Below, piece by piece: positions 51,757-60,081 of a DNA stretch of 64,000 nucleotides; position 1 is the stretch's first letter, and each line of letters begins with the position of its first letter. The stretch lies in assembly GCA_963768655.1 (NCBI GenBank), contig CAVYIM010000003.1, forward strand, positions 544,001 to 608,000, given 5' to 3'. The stretch comes from an uncultured Chloroflexia bacterium (GTDB lineage Bacteria > Chloroflexota > Limnocylindria > Limnocylindrales > CSP1-4). Under the pieces are notes generated by a model, which was not told the DNA's origin, searched no databases, and saw only the letters and a list, made by a program, of their open reading frames with translations. The translations under genes and the position numbers were made by a program.

Positions 51757-51828
51757 TCAGCGACGACTGACACGCAACCCGCCGAACAGGAAGAGCACGA
51801 TGAGGATGACGACCAGGAGTTCCAACAC
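51757..51828 (-). CDS. 23-aa single-TM microprotein MLELLVVILIVLFLFGGLRVSRR
   Basis: GTG start after GAAAGAAGG RBS; one hydrophobic helix; shared upstream box. Confidence 0.55.
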   Translation of the reverse strand: MLELLVVILIVLFLFGGLRVSRR

Positions 51829-51874
51829 AGGACACCTTCTTTCATGATCAGCCTGCTCGTCTTCACCCGCGGGT

Positions 51875-51892
51875 GCGAGGATGAAAACCCCC
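51875..51892 (-). promoter_or_regulatory. Conserved box GGGGGTTTTCATCCTCGC (copy 1)
   Basis: Identical to 53450-53467. Confidence 0.65.
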
Positions 51893-52026
51893 GCCGTAAC
51901 CCACCTGGCGTTCTCTGGGCGGCTGGCAGAGCGAGCCGTCCATCCTCCCGGCGACCTGAGGCTGGCCGAGGATCCGCCGATAGTCGTAGCTCGACTCCCG
52001 GGTGCATCGATTCCAGCCGGGCCTGC

Positions 52027-52042
52027 GGGTCTTCATCCTCAC
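52027..52042 (+). promoter_or_regulatory. Conserved box GGGTCTTCATCCTCAC (plus-strand copy)
   Basis: Variant of the box, oriented toward the small plus-strand gene. Confidence 0.55.
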
Positions 52043-52136
52043 AATCGATCGTCAGGCAGGGTAAGACTCGAAGCGGACCTCCTTAGACTCCGCCCGTTCC
52101 GGGCGAGCAGGCCAGGTCCCGATCGAGGAGACTCCC

Positions 52137-52304
52137 TTGGCTCGCAACAAGATGTTCAGCAACCCCAAGTCGGTGTTGGTCATCGTGGCCTGTATCTGCT
52201 TCGCGATCGCCGTGCTCACGACGGCTGGGATCCTCTCGATCGGCAGCAAGATCGACTGGACCAACCTGGGCCTGTTCTTCGGCTTCCTCTCCTTCATCGT
52301 CTGA
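52137..52304 (+). CDS. Small two-TM membrane protein (55 aa)
   Basis: GAGGAG RBS, TTG start (alternative ATG 52152); MFSNPKSVLVIVACICFAIAVL...LGLFFGFLSFIV. Confidence 0.6.
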   Translation: MARNKMFSNPKSVLVIVACICFAIAVLTTAGILSIGSKIDWTNLGLFFGFLSFIV

Positions 52305-52572
52305 CGCGTCGGGCGCGCCCGCCAAACTGGAGCGCCCGGTTCACGGTCGTGGAACGCCACCTGGGCGGTTAGCCCTGCTGGCTACCCCGACGAGCCCCCA
52401 CGAGACGCGCGGCTCGAGCATCCTGCGCCCCGCTGCGCCGTACGGGACCTCGGCGCTGTGCACAGCCTGACGGACCACGTTGGCATGAAAGAGCAGGACC
52501 GGCCCCTCGTCCGGGGACCGATCCTGCTGGATGAGATCAGAGCGAGGCAAGAGCCCCGCGAGCGTTCTCGGC

Positions 52573-52857
52573 TCAGCGCCAGCCGAACGAGCGACGCCGG
52601 CCGCCGAGGCTTCCGACGACGAAGACCACGATCAGCGCACCGACCACCGCGACGATGATGCTCGTGGTGTTGACGCCGGTCACGTTGGCGATCTTGAGGA
52701 CATCTGCGGCAATCCATCCGCCGACGATGGCGCCCACGATACCGAGCACGACCATCATCACCAGGCTCTCACGGGACCCGGAAATGAGGCTGGCGAGGAA
52801 GCCGGCGATCGCGCCGACGACGAGCCAGGTGAGGAGAGTCATATTGGGAATATCCAC
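52573..52857 (-). CDS. GlsB/YeaQ/YmgE family stress-response membrane protein
   Basis: WLVVGAIAGFLA, LGIVGAIVGGW, SIIVAVVGALIV. Confidence 0.88.
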   Translation of the reverse strand: MDIPNMTLLTWLVVGAIAGFLASLISGSRESLVMMVVLGIVGAIVGGWIAADVLKIANVTGVNTTSIIVAVVGALIVVFVVGSLGGRRRSFGWR

Positions 52858-52926
52858 GGGATTCCTTCTTTCTTGTTGAGCGCATGCCGGAAGCCGGGCG
52901 ACGGGGCTGCGCGAGTAGCGGCCGGA

Positions 52927-53340
52927 TTATGCGAGGGCGGGCTCGTGCCGGAAGATCGCGAGGCCCCAGAGAACGATCAGTTCGACGATCGTCCAGCCGA
53001 CAAAGGCGACGACTGCGGCGACATCGAGCACGGAGCCGCCGGAGGAAGCGGCGCTGATGCGCAGGATCCCCTGGAACGGCGCGGCGACGAGCCCGCCAAC
53101 GTTGTTGATGATCGCAACGAGCAGGTTCCCTGTGCGTGCGTCGAGCAGCAGCAAGACGATCCGCAGGCCGAGCACGATCTGGATCAGGCCGAAGACGAGG
53201 ACGACGATGCGGCGGGTTGTCTCATTGTTGCTGGGCCGATAGTCGAACTGGCGCCTGGTGGTGGTCCGGTTGCGAAGGCCACCGGACTCGGTGGGCGTCG
53301 GCGCGTCGGTGGTGACGCTCCGCTGTTCCTGAACTGTCAC
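52927..53340 (-). CDS. YggT-like membrane protein
   Basis: LGLRIVL.LL.A...N, LVAPFQGI, D.AAVVA..GW. Confidence 0.7.
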   Translation of the reverse strand: MTVQEQRSVTTDAPTPTESGGLRNRTTTRRQFDYRPSNNETTRRIVVLVFGLIQIVLGLRIVLLLLDARTGNLLVAIINNVGGLVAAPFQGILRISAASSGGSVLDVAAVVAFVGWTIVELIVLWGLAIFRHEPALA

Positions 53341-53416
53341 GGTGGTCTTCTTCCCGGCGACGGACGATGGACCTGCACCCGGCCATCAAGCCGGTGGGGC
53401 CTTCGATCCGTTGTCA

Positions 53417-53890
53417 CTATTCGATAGTGGACCTGCCGCCGGGCGTGTCGCGAGGATGAAAACCCCCTGCTGAACAGGCGTCGGAGTGGGCGCCGCCGCT
53501 ACGGCAGAGCCGGGTGCGGGGCCTGGTGAGACCGGCGCGTCGGGACACGATCGCGAAGCCGAGGATCGACGCGGGTGCAAAGCCGGCCAGCGTGACCAGG
53601 CGCGGCGCCCTCGCCAGACGGAGGCCAGCACCCAGACCGATCGAGGCGACCGCCAGGAGTCGCAGCGCCGAATCGGGCATCGTTTGCAGGCCGGTTACCG
53701 TGCTCCCCGCGCCGGATTGCACGCGGTCGAAGGCCCCCGGAAGCCGATCGCCGACCTGACCCGCGCGATGGCGCGCCGCGCCGGCGATTTCCGGCACGTG
53801 CCCGATAGCCTTGGCCACCCCGGTGCGTGCCTGATCGATCGCAGCTCGCGCGCCGGCGAACGACGCCTGTCCGTTGTCCTGGGTTTCCAT
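53417..53890 (-). CDS. Hypothetical protein (amphipathic N-terminus, C-terminal TM segment)
   Basis: GGAG RBS before METQD; 3' end runs into the next promoter so the true end is uncertain. Confidence 0.5.
   Translation of the reverse strand: METQDNGQASFAGARAAIDQARTGVAKAIGHVPEIAGAARHRAGQVGDRLPGAFDRVQSGAGSTVTGLQTMPDSALRLLAVASIGLGAGLRLARAPRLVTLAGFAPASILGFAIVSRRAGLTRPRTRLCRSGGAHSDACSAGGFHPRDTPGGRSTIE
53450..53467 (-). promoter_or_regulatory. Conserved box GGGGGTTTTCATCCTCGC (copy 2)
   Basis: Identical to 51875-51892; CACTAT lies 20 nt downstream. Confidence 0.65.
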
Positions 53891-54013
53891 CGTGATCTCC
53901 GTCGTAGTCATGTTGAGGTGCTGGGTCGTGTCCACGGCCCAAGGCCTGGCGGGTTGGACGCCGGACGACGTACTCGCCCTCATGTAGCAACGTGGGCGTC
54001 CGCAGACAGTCTT

Positions 54014-54029
54014 GCGAGGATGGAAACCC
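54014..54029 (-). promoter_or_regulatory. Conserved box GGGTTTCCATCCTCGC (copy 3)
   Basis: One mismatch to copies 1 and 2; lies in the divergent intergenic region before the kinase. Confidence 0.6.
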
Positions 54030-54120
54030 TGCCCTGAGGACGTCGGTTGTGCCGGTCTCTGTTGGGCCGGTCGGGACCTGGGTCCACTTCACTCGATCGC
54101 CAACCTAGAATGTGAACAAC

Positions 54121-57100
54121 ATGGCGCGACCGGCGATCCCAGCGGAATCTCAGCTCGTCGTGATCGGATCCTCGGCGGGCGGAATCGAGGCGCTCTCGCG
54201 CGTGGTCGCGAGCCTGCCGGCCGACTTCCCGGCGCCGATCGTGATCGCGCAGCACCTCGACCCCCGCCGCCCCAGCCATCTGCACGAGATCCTGGCCCGC
54301 CACGCAACTCTGCCCGTCCGAGTGGTCGAGGAGCGCGAAGCCCTGGAGGACGGCGTGATCTTCGTCGTTCCTTCGAACCGGATCGTGGAGATCAGCCACG
54401 GCGACCTCCGGCTTCGCGCAGCCAAAGCCGGTGCCGTCGCACCCTCCATCGATGTGCTGTTCGAGAGCGCGGCCAGTGTCTTCGGCCCCGGGCTCATCGC
54501 CGTGATCCTGACCGGCAGCGGGTCCGACGGATCCTCGGGAGCCTGGCACGTCAAGAAGGCCGGCGGAGCGGTCGTCATCGAGAACCCCGCGACGGCCATG
54601 TTTCCCTCGATGCCCAGCTCGATACCCCCGTCCCTGGTCGACGCGACAGCTGATCTCGACTCGATTGGATCGATCCTGTGCGATCTGCTGGCGGCCGGCA
54701 ATGCTCCGGCGGAGGGGCCCGACTACGACGAGCTTGGCAAGCTCCTCGAGCGGATCCACGCGCGAAGCGGCATCGATTTCCGCAGCTACAAGCCGGCTAC
54801 GATCCTGCGGCGTTTGCGCGGCCGGATGAACGCCACTTCTCGCCCAACGCTCGCCGGGTACGCGGCGTTGCTGGAATCCGATCCCGAGGAGTTCGCCAGG
54901 CTCCTCAACAGCCTCCTGATCAAGGTCACGGAGTTCTTCCGGGACCCGAAACTCTTCGAGTACCTGGGCGCCCATGTCCTCCCCGAGTTGATCGCGGAGG
55001 CCCGGCGCGAACAGCGGGAACTCCGCATCTGGTCGGCCGGGTGCTCCACGGGCGAAGAGGCCTACTCCCTGGCCGTCGTCGTTGCCGAAGCCCTCGGAGA
55101 CGAGCTCCCGTGGCCGGATGTCCGGATCTTCGCGACTGACATCGACCGTGAGGCGATCGCCTTCGCCCGCCGGGGGATCTATCCGCCGGCAGCCCTCAAG
55201 GGCCTGCCCGCAGGCGCTCGAGACCGCTACTTCGTGAAATCGGACGGGGGATACGAGGTCGCCAAACGGTTGCGCACCCTGATGGTGTTCGGCGAGCACG
55301 ACCTCGGCGAGCGAGGGCCCTTCCCGCGAATCGATCTGCTGCTCTGCCGGAACGTGCTGATCTACTTCGCCGCGCCGATGCAGCGGATCGCCCTCGAGAC
55401 GTTCGCGTTCTCGTTGCGGCCAGGCGGTCGGCTGGCCCTCGGCACGTCCGAGAGCGTCATGGCCCTGCCGGAGCCGTTCGAAGAGGAGCACGCGCGACTG
55501 CGGGTCTATCGGCGGCGGCCCGGGAGCTACGCGATCCCACCGATGCGACCGGTGGCGCTCCACCCGCGTCGGAGCCAGGAATCTCAGCTCGATCAGGCCA
55601 TCCGAGTCACGCACCGCGACGTCCAGCGCGTGGCGGAATCGTCGTCGTCGGCGGATAGCCTGCTGCTCAACCTGACGGTGGGCATCGTCGTCGTCGACCC
55701 GCGCTACTACATCGTGCGGATCAACTCCGCGGCCCGCCAGATGCTCGGGATCCACGGCGCGGCCTACGACCAGGACTTCGTCCATCTCGCCGAGGTTCTT
55801 CCGCCCAGTGCGATCCGAGCTGCCATCGACTCCGCGCTGGCGGGCAAGAAGACCACGTCCGTGTTCGAGGTGGAGCCCACGGATGCCGCCAGCGAGACAG
55901 CCCATTTCGTGGAGGCCACCGTCCGCCCTTACCGGGTCGAGGACCGCGCCATCGAAGGCGTCGTCGTCGAGCTGACGGACGTAAGCAGGCTCGAGCAGGA
56001 GCGTCGAGCCGGCGTCCGGACACGGGAGCGACTCGAGAAGGCGGTCGCCACGAACGGCCGGCTCCTTCGAGCGAACGAGGAGCTGACCGCCCTGGTCGCC
56101 GAGCTCAGGTCGGCGAACGAAGCGATGCTCCTGGCCAGCGAGGACGCGCAGGCCACTCGCGAGGAAGTGGAAACCGTCAACGAGGAGTTCCAGGCCACCA
56201 ACGAGGAGCTCGAAACCCTCAACGAGGAGCTGACTGCCAGCGTCGAGGAGCTGCGGGTCGCGAACGAGGATCTCGCGACTCGCACCGAAGAGCTCAGCGA
56301 GCAGGCGGTCGTGCTGGAGCAGCAGCGGTTGAGCATCCAGGAGGAGCACGATCGTCTGCGATCGATCCTGGCGAGCCTGGGCGACGCGGTCGTCGCGGTC
56401 GACTACGAGGGCCGCATTATGACGACAAACGACGCCTACGATCGGCTCTTTGGCAACGCCGAGATCGAGCCCGAGGATGCCGCCGGCCTCCCGATTCCAC
56501 CGGCAGACTGGCCTCTGAGACGGGCTGCCCGAGGCGAACGGTTCCGTATGGAATTCGCGGTCGCCCGGCCCGGGCAGAGTAGACGCTGGTTCGAGGCCGT
56601 GGCGGAGCCGCTCACCGCCGGTGACCGAACCTGGGGCGGCGTGCTGACGATCCGGGACCTTTCCGAACGCACGATGCGGCTCAGCCTGGAGCGGCTGATG
56701 GCCGCTGCGGGTCACGAGCTCAAGACCCCGGTGGCCGCCCTGCATGGATACCTCCAGCTCGTCGAAAGGAACCTCGGCCCGGAGAGCTCCACGCAGGCCC
56801 GGACTTATGCGGCCCGGTCGCTGGTGCAGACCAGGCAGATCGGGGAACTCATCGAGCGTCTCTTCGACGTCAGCCTCATCCAGGGCGGCAACCTCGAGCT
56901 CATCACCGCGCCGATCGATCTCATTGCGGTCGTGCGCGATGCAGTCGACGTTGCCGGGACATTGCCGAAGGCGCCGCCGATCCGGGTCTCGGCGACCGCT
57001 GGACCGATCCTCGTCCAGGCGGATGCTGTTCGCCTGGAGCAGGTCTTCGTCAATCTCCTCTCGAACGCCGTCGAGCACGCGGGCAGCTCGCCGACCATCG

Positions 57101-57396
57101 GCGTGTCCGTGAGCCGATCCGGCACGACGGCCGTCGTCGAGGTCCGCGACCACGGTCCGGGGATAGCCAGCGAGGTTCTGCCGCAGCTGTTCCAGCCCTA
57201 CGCGCGGCTGGGGCACAAGCCGTCTGGCGGGCTGGGTCTTGGACTCTACCTGGCACGCGAGATCGTGATCGCGCATGGCGGAACGATCGAAGCCGAATCG
57301 ACCCTCGGCGAGGGAACTACCCTCACCGTTCGGCTCCCGCTCCGGCGGCGGAGGTCTCGCCGCGAGGCCGCTCCGGCGGCGGAGGCAGGATTGTGA
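54121..57396 (+). CDS. CheB-CheR fusion with PAS domains, coiled coil and histidine kinase
   Basis: CheB GSSAGG/QH/LTGSGSDG; CheR WSAGCSTGEE/CRNVLIYF; EELETLNEEL coiled coil; H-box GHELKTP, N/G1/G2 boxes. Confidence 0.93.
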   Translation: MARPAIPAESQLVVIGSSAGGIEALSRVVASLPADFPAPIVIAQHLDPRRPSHLHEILARHATLPVRVVEEREALEDGVIFVVPSNRIVEISHGDLRLRAAKAGAVAPSIDVLFESAASVFGPGLIAVILTGSGSDGSSGAWHVKKAGGAVVIENPATAMFPSMPSSIPPSLVDATADLDSIGSILCDLLAAGNAPAEGPDYDELGKLLERIHARSGIDFRSYKPATILRRLRGRMNATSRPTLAGYAALLESDPEEFARLLNSLLIKVTEFFRDPKLFEYLGAHVLPELIAEARREQRELRIWSAGCSTGEEAYSLAVVVAEALGDELPWPDVRIFATDIDREAIAFARRGIYPPAALKGLPAGARDRYFVKSDGGYEVAKRLRTLMVFGEHDLGERGPFPRIDLLLCRNVLIYFAAPMQRIALETFAFSLRPGGRLALGTSESVMALPEPFEEEHARLRVYRRRPGSYAIPPMRPVALHPRRSQESQLDQAIRVTHRDVQRVAESSSSADSLLLNLTVGIVVVDPRYYIVRINSAARQMLGIHGAAYDQDFVHLAEVLPPSAIRAAIDSALAGKKTTSVFEVEPTDAASETAHFVEATVRPYRVEDRAIEGVVVELTDVSRLEQERRAGVRTRERLEKAVATNGRLLRANEELTALVAELRSANEAMLLASEDAQATREEVETVNEEFQATNEELETLNEELTASVEELRVANEDLATRTEELSEQAVVLEQQRLSIQEEHDRLRSILASLGDAVVAVDYEGRIMTTNDAYDRLFGNAEIEPEDAAGLPIPPADWPLRRAARGERFRMEFAVARPGQSRRWFEAVAEPLTAGDRTWGGVLTIRDLSERTMRLSLERLMAAAGHELKTPVAALHGYLQLVERNLGPESSTQARTYAARSLVQTRQIGELIERLFDVSLIQGGNLELITAPIDLIAVVRDAVDVAGTLPKAPPIRVSATAGPILVQADAVRLEQVFVNLLSNAVEHAGSSPTIGVSVSRSGTTAVVEVRDHGPGIASEVLPQLFQPYARLGHKPSGGLGLGLYLAREIVIAHGGTIEAESTLGEGTTLTVRLPLRRRRSRREAAPAAEAGL

Positions 57397-58001
57397 TCCG
57401 CTTGGCGATAGTCGAGGATCATCCTGCAATCGCCGAGGGGCTCACGGCGCTGCTGCGGGGCGAGCCCGACGTGACCGTCGTCGGGACGGCCCCGGACGAT
57501 GTGGCGGCCGACCATCTCATCGCTGCCCAATCCCCCGACGTCGTCTTGTGCGACATCCGTCTGGCCGGGACCGTGGACGGGCTGGAGGTCCTCGCCCGCC
57601 ACACGCCGGGCCCGGCATTCATCATGCTGAGCGCGTACTCGTATCCAAGCTATTACGTCGCCGCGGTCGAGCACGGAGCGAAGGGCTACCTCTCGAAGAT
57701 GGCGACCATCGAGCAAATCCTCAGAGCAGTGCGCACGGTCGCTGCTGGAGGCACCGCATTCCCGGACGGCGTCCGCCGAGCCGTCCGCACGGCGCTTCGT
57801 TCGCCGACTCCGCGCGAGGCCCAGATCCTGGCGCTCGTGGCCGAGGGCCTCGGTAACGCGGAGATCGCCGAACGTCTGTCGCTCCGGCTCAAGACTGTCG
57901 AGAGCCAGCTCCGGCGCATGTTCGATCGCTACGACGTGACGAACCGGACCTCGCTGGTGCGCGTCGCCCAACGGCAGGGCTGGATCGAAGGCGATCGCTA
58001 G
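57393..58001 (+). CDS. NarL/LuxR family response regulator
   Basis: VEDH, DVVLCDI, GYLSK; TPRE.QIL.LVAEG..NAEIA..L.....TV; GTGA overlap with kinase. Confidence 0.92.
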   Translation: MIRLAIVEDHPAIAEGLTALLRGEPDVTVVGTAPDDVAADHLIAAQSPDVVLCDIRLAGTVDGLEVLARHTPGPAFIMLSAYSYPSYYVAAVEHGAKGYLSKMATIEQILRAVRTVAAGGTAFPDGVRRAVRTALRSPTPREAQILALVAEGLGNAEIAERLSLRLKTVESQLRRMFDRYDVTNRTSLVRVAQRQGWIEGDR

Positions 58002-58025
58002 TCCGTGCCGGGGACTGTCAGGTCG

Positions 58026-58070
58026 GTGGTAGACCTGCGGCTTGAGGCACCACGAAGGCCCGCGAACCGG
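58026..58070 (+). repeat. Degenerate att-like repeat, copy E
   Basis: GTGGTAGACCTG...GCGAACCGG with a longer internal segment. Confidence 0.35.
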
Positions 58071-58125
58071 ACTAACCCAGCCTCAGCCGGTTGCGGCGCC
58101 GTTTCGTAGATGGTATATATAACCC

Positions 58126-58716
58126 ATGACAGCTAACCCGCCGGATAACCGGTACCGCCGACGTTTCCTGGTCGAATTCACCCCCGCCGAGTCCGATCTT
58201 GCGGAGCGGCTCGGGGCTGTTCACGGCTCCAAGCGCCGGGCGATCGTGACCGGGTTGGGATTGCTGGAGAGCGGCGAAGTAGAGGCGCTCCGCGGCCAAG
58301 TCGCCGCGCTGGAGAAGGAGCGTGATGCCGCCAGGGCGGCCGCCTCCAGGGCCGGTGAGAGCCTCAAGGCCGCGAAGGAGCGGGCTGCAAACGCGAAGGA
58401 AGCCGCCGCCGAGCTGCGCGCCGAGCGGGCTGCCCACAACAAGACGAAGGCGGAACTCGCCCAAGCTCGCCGCGAAATGGCATCAACTCTAGAGGCGCTC
58501 ACAGCTGCACAATCTGAGCTGCAGCGCTACGCGTCGAGCCTTCCGACCATGGCCTACTGCCGCGAATGCGACAAGTTCGTGCCACTGACCGAATGGAGCG
58601 AACGGGCCGCCGAGGGTGGCGTCGTGCACGTCTACCACAACAAGCACGAATATCGACCCAGGGGCTCGATAACGAAGTACGCCACAGTCATGTTCATGAG
58701 AGGAGGGACCAAGTGA
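58126..58716 (+). CDS. Hypothetical coiled-coil protein with C-terminal CxxC/His cluster
   Basis: 196-aa ORF; long Ala/Glu/Lys heptads; YCRECDK...HVYHNKH; AT-rich -10 just upstream. Confidence 0.6.
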   Translation: MTANPPDNRYRRRFLVEFTPAESDLAERLGAVHGSKRRAIVTGLGLLESGEVEALRGQVAALEKERDAARAAASRAGESLKAAKERAANAKEAAAELRAERAAHNKTKAELAQARREMASTLEALTAAQSELQRYASSLPTMAYCRECDKFVPLTEWSERAAEGGVVHVYHNKHEYRPRGSITKYATVMFMRGGTK

Positions 58717-58914
58717 GCGAACAACTTGCCGGAATGCCGGCCTCGATCCTCGGGCCGGAGCCGAGTCTGCTGACCATCATCGCCCTGCTCTTGCTCTGGA
58801 TCTCGGGCGCGTTCGAGCGGGCCCTTGCGGAGGCCTTCCTGCCCGCAGCTCCAGCCCGACCGCCTTCGATCCACCTGGCAAGGCCGCGCCTGGTACCCAT
58901 GTCCGCGGAGAGGG

Positions 58915-59293
58915 CTGCCATCGGCAGCCAGACGCCCGTCGAGCCTGTCAGCGCCGACGACGTGGCCTTGATCAGCTGGTCGCTCACCGAGGCCCTCGAC
59001 GAGGTCCTCAAGGCCATCCCGACGCCGCGGGCCAAGGCGCTGTTAAGACTGCTAATAGAGGAGATCCGTCCTTATTCAGGCGGGCCTGGTCGCAATGGCT
59101 CGTCCCGTATCGGCTGCGGGCGTAGCAGGTGTAGTAGGCGTTAGCGCTTACCGCCGCGACCGCGAGCAGCTGCGCCGATCATCCGTGGTCGTCTCGCCGA
59201 TGGACATCCGGCCCACCTACCGAGTGCCGGCGATGACGGCCCCGGCAGAACCGCTGCCGGCCTCCGCCGACGCGGTTTGCCGTGCGGAGGCTA
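58915..59293 (+). pseudogene. Putative C-terminal remnant of a large serine recombinase, interrupted by about 115 bp, reading into the antisense tRNA
   Basis: PTPRAKALLRLLIEEIR ... VVSPMDIRPTYRVPA ... MVEMRGLEPLT, a pattern I recognise from serine integrase C-termini. Confidence 0.6.
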
Positions 59294-59369
59294 TGGTGGA
59301 GATGAGGGGACTCGAACCCCTGACCCCCGCGATGCGAACGCGGTGCTCTCCCAGCTGAGCTACATCCCC
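59294..59369 (-). tRNA. tRNA-Ala(CGC)
   Basis: GGGGATGTAGCTCAGCTGGGAGAGCACCGCGTTCGCATCGCGGGGGTCAGGGGTTCGAGTCCCCTCATCTCCACCA, 76 nt. Confidence 0.97.
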
Positions 59370-59557
59370 ACGCGAGCGAGGGGCAGTCTAGCACAGGCCC
59401 CGGCGAACAAACCCCAGGATCTCGTGCATTGAATGCAACTTGGGCGCGGCCCGAGGCGGCCCGCGGCCACGCGCGATGTCGGGGCCGGTTCGAGCGCGGC
59501 CCGGGCGGGCATTCTGGTCAGATTCGTCATCTAGGACCTGTAGGCGGCCCTGGAGGG

Positions 59558-59803
59558 CTTCTACGCGACGAGCTGGAGCAAGCGGTGATGGCTCAGATGC
59601 GCGAGGTCTACTCCAGCACTGCGCTGATCGAGTCGGCGCTGACCGAGGCTCAGGCCGAGCTGGCGCAGACGGAGACCGCGCAATCCGAACGCCTGGCCGG
59701 GATCGAAGCGGAAGCGGTCGACCTGCGGACCCGGATCGAGCGTTACTTCGCGAGCTTCGAGGCAGGAGAGTTGAGCCCGCAGATGGCCGGGAAGCCGGGG
59801 TAG
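59558..59803 (+). pseudogene. Putative internal coiled-coil fragment of a large serine recombinase
   Basis: DELEQAVMAQMREVY...LIESAL...IERYFASFEAGELSP; no start codon or catalytic domain. Confidence 0.55.
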
Positions 59804-59975
59804 CACAGGTCCAGATTTCGCCTTGGCTCGGGCTTGTTTTCGATCCGAGATACCGGTCTGGATCGCGAGATCAAGCGTGGATCCGAGATCGATCGAGCTG
59901 TTGCGGGCTCCAAGCGCGCCGTCCACGACCCTCGGAATTGGTCCGGTGCTACCCGGGTTTGCATATGTCCAGGTC
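59795..59975. repeat. MITE/REP-like element with ~22-bp imperfect terminal inverted repeats
   Basis: CCGGGGTAGCACAGGTCCAGATT (59795-59817) vs AATTGGTCCGGTGCTACCCGGG (59936-59957). Confidence 0.5.
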
Positions 59976-60043
59976 GCGGCGGCCGAGCGGCGAGCGGCGC
60001 CGCGGGCGCGGGCGGCGGGGCGGTCGAGCCGGAGGCTCGGGGG

Positions 60044-60074
60044 TTGACTATTAGAACACATGTTCTAGTATAGG
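60044..60074 (+). promoter_or_regulatory. Promoter with LexA (SOS) box TAGAACACATGTTCTA between -35 and -10
   Basis: TTGACT at 60044; GAAC-N4-GTTC palindrome at 60052-60067; directly upstream of the imuA-like gene. Confidence 0.85.
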
Positions 60075-60081
60075 TGGTCCC

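Noticed and set aside
54121-57396. Chemotaxis operon
   Set aside because: No MCP, CheA, CheW or CheY genes in the window; CheB/CheR are fused to a classical histidine kinase.
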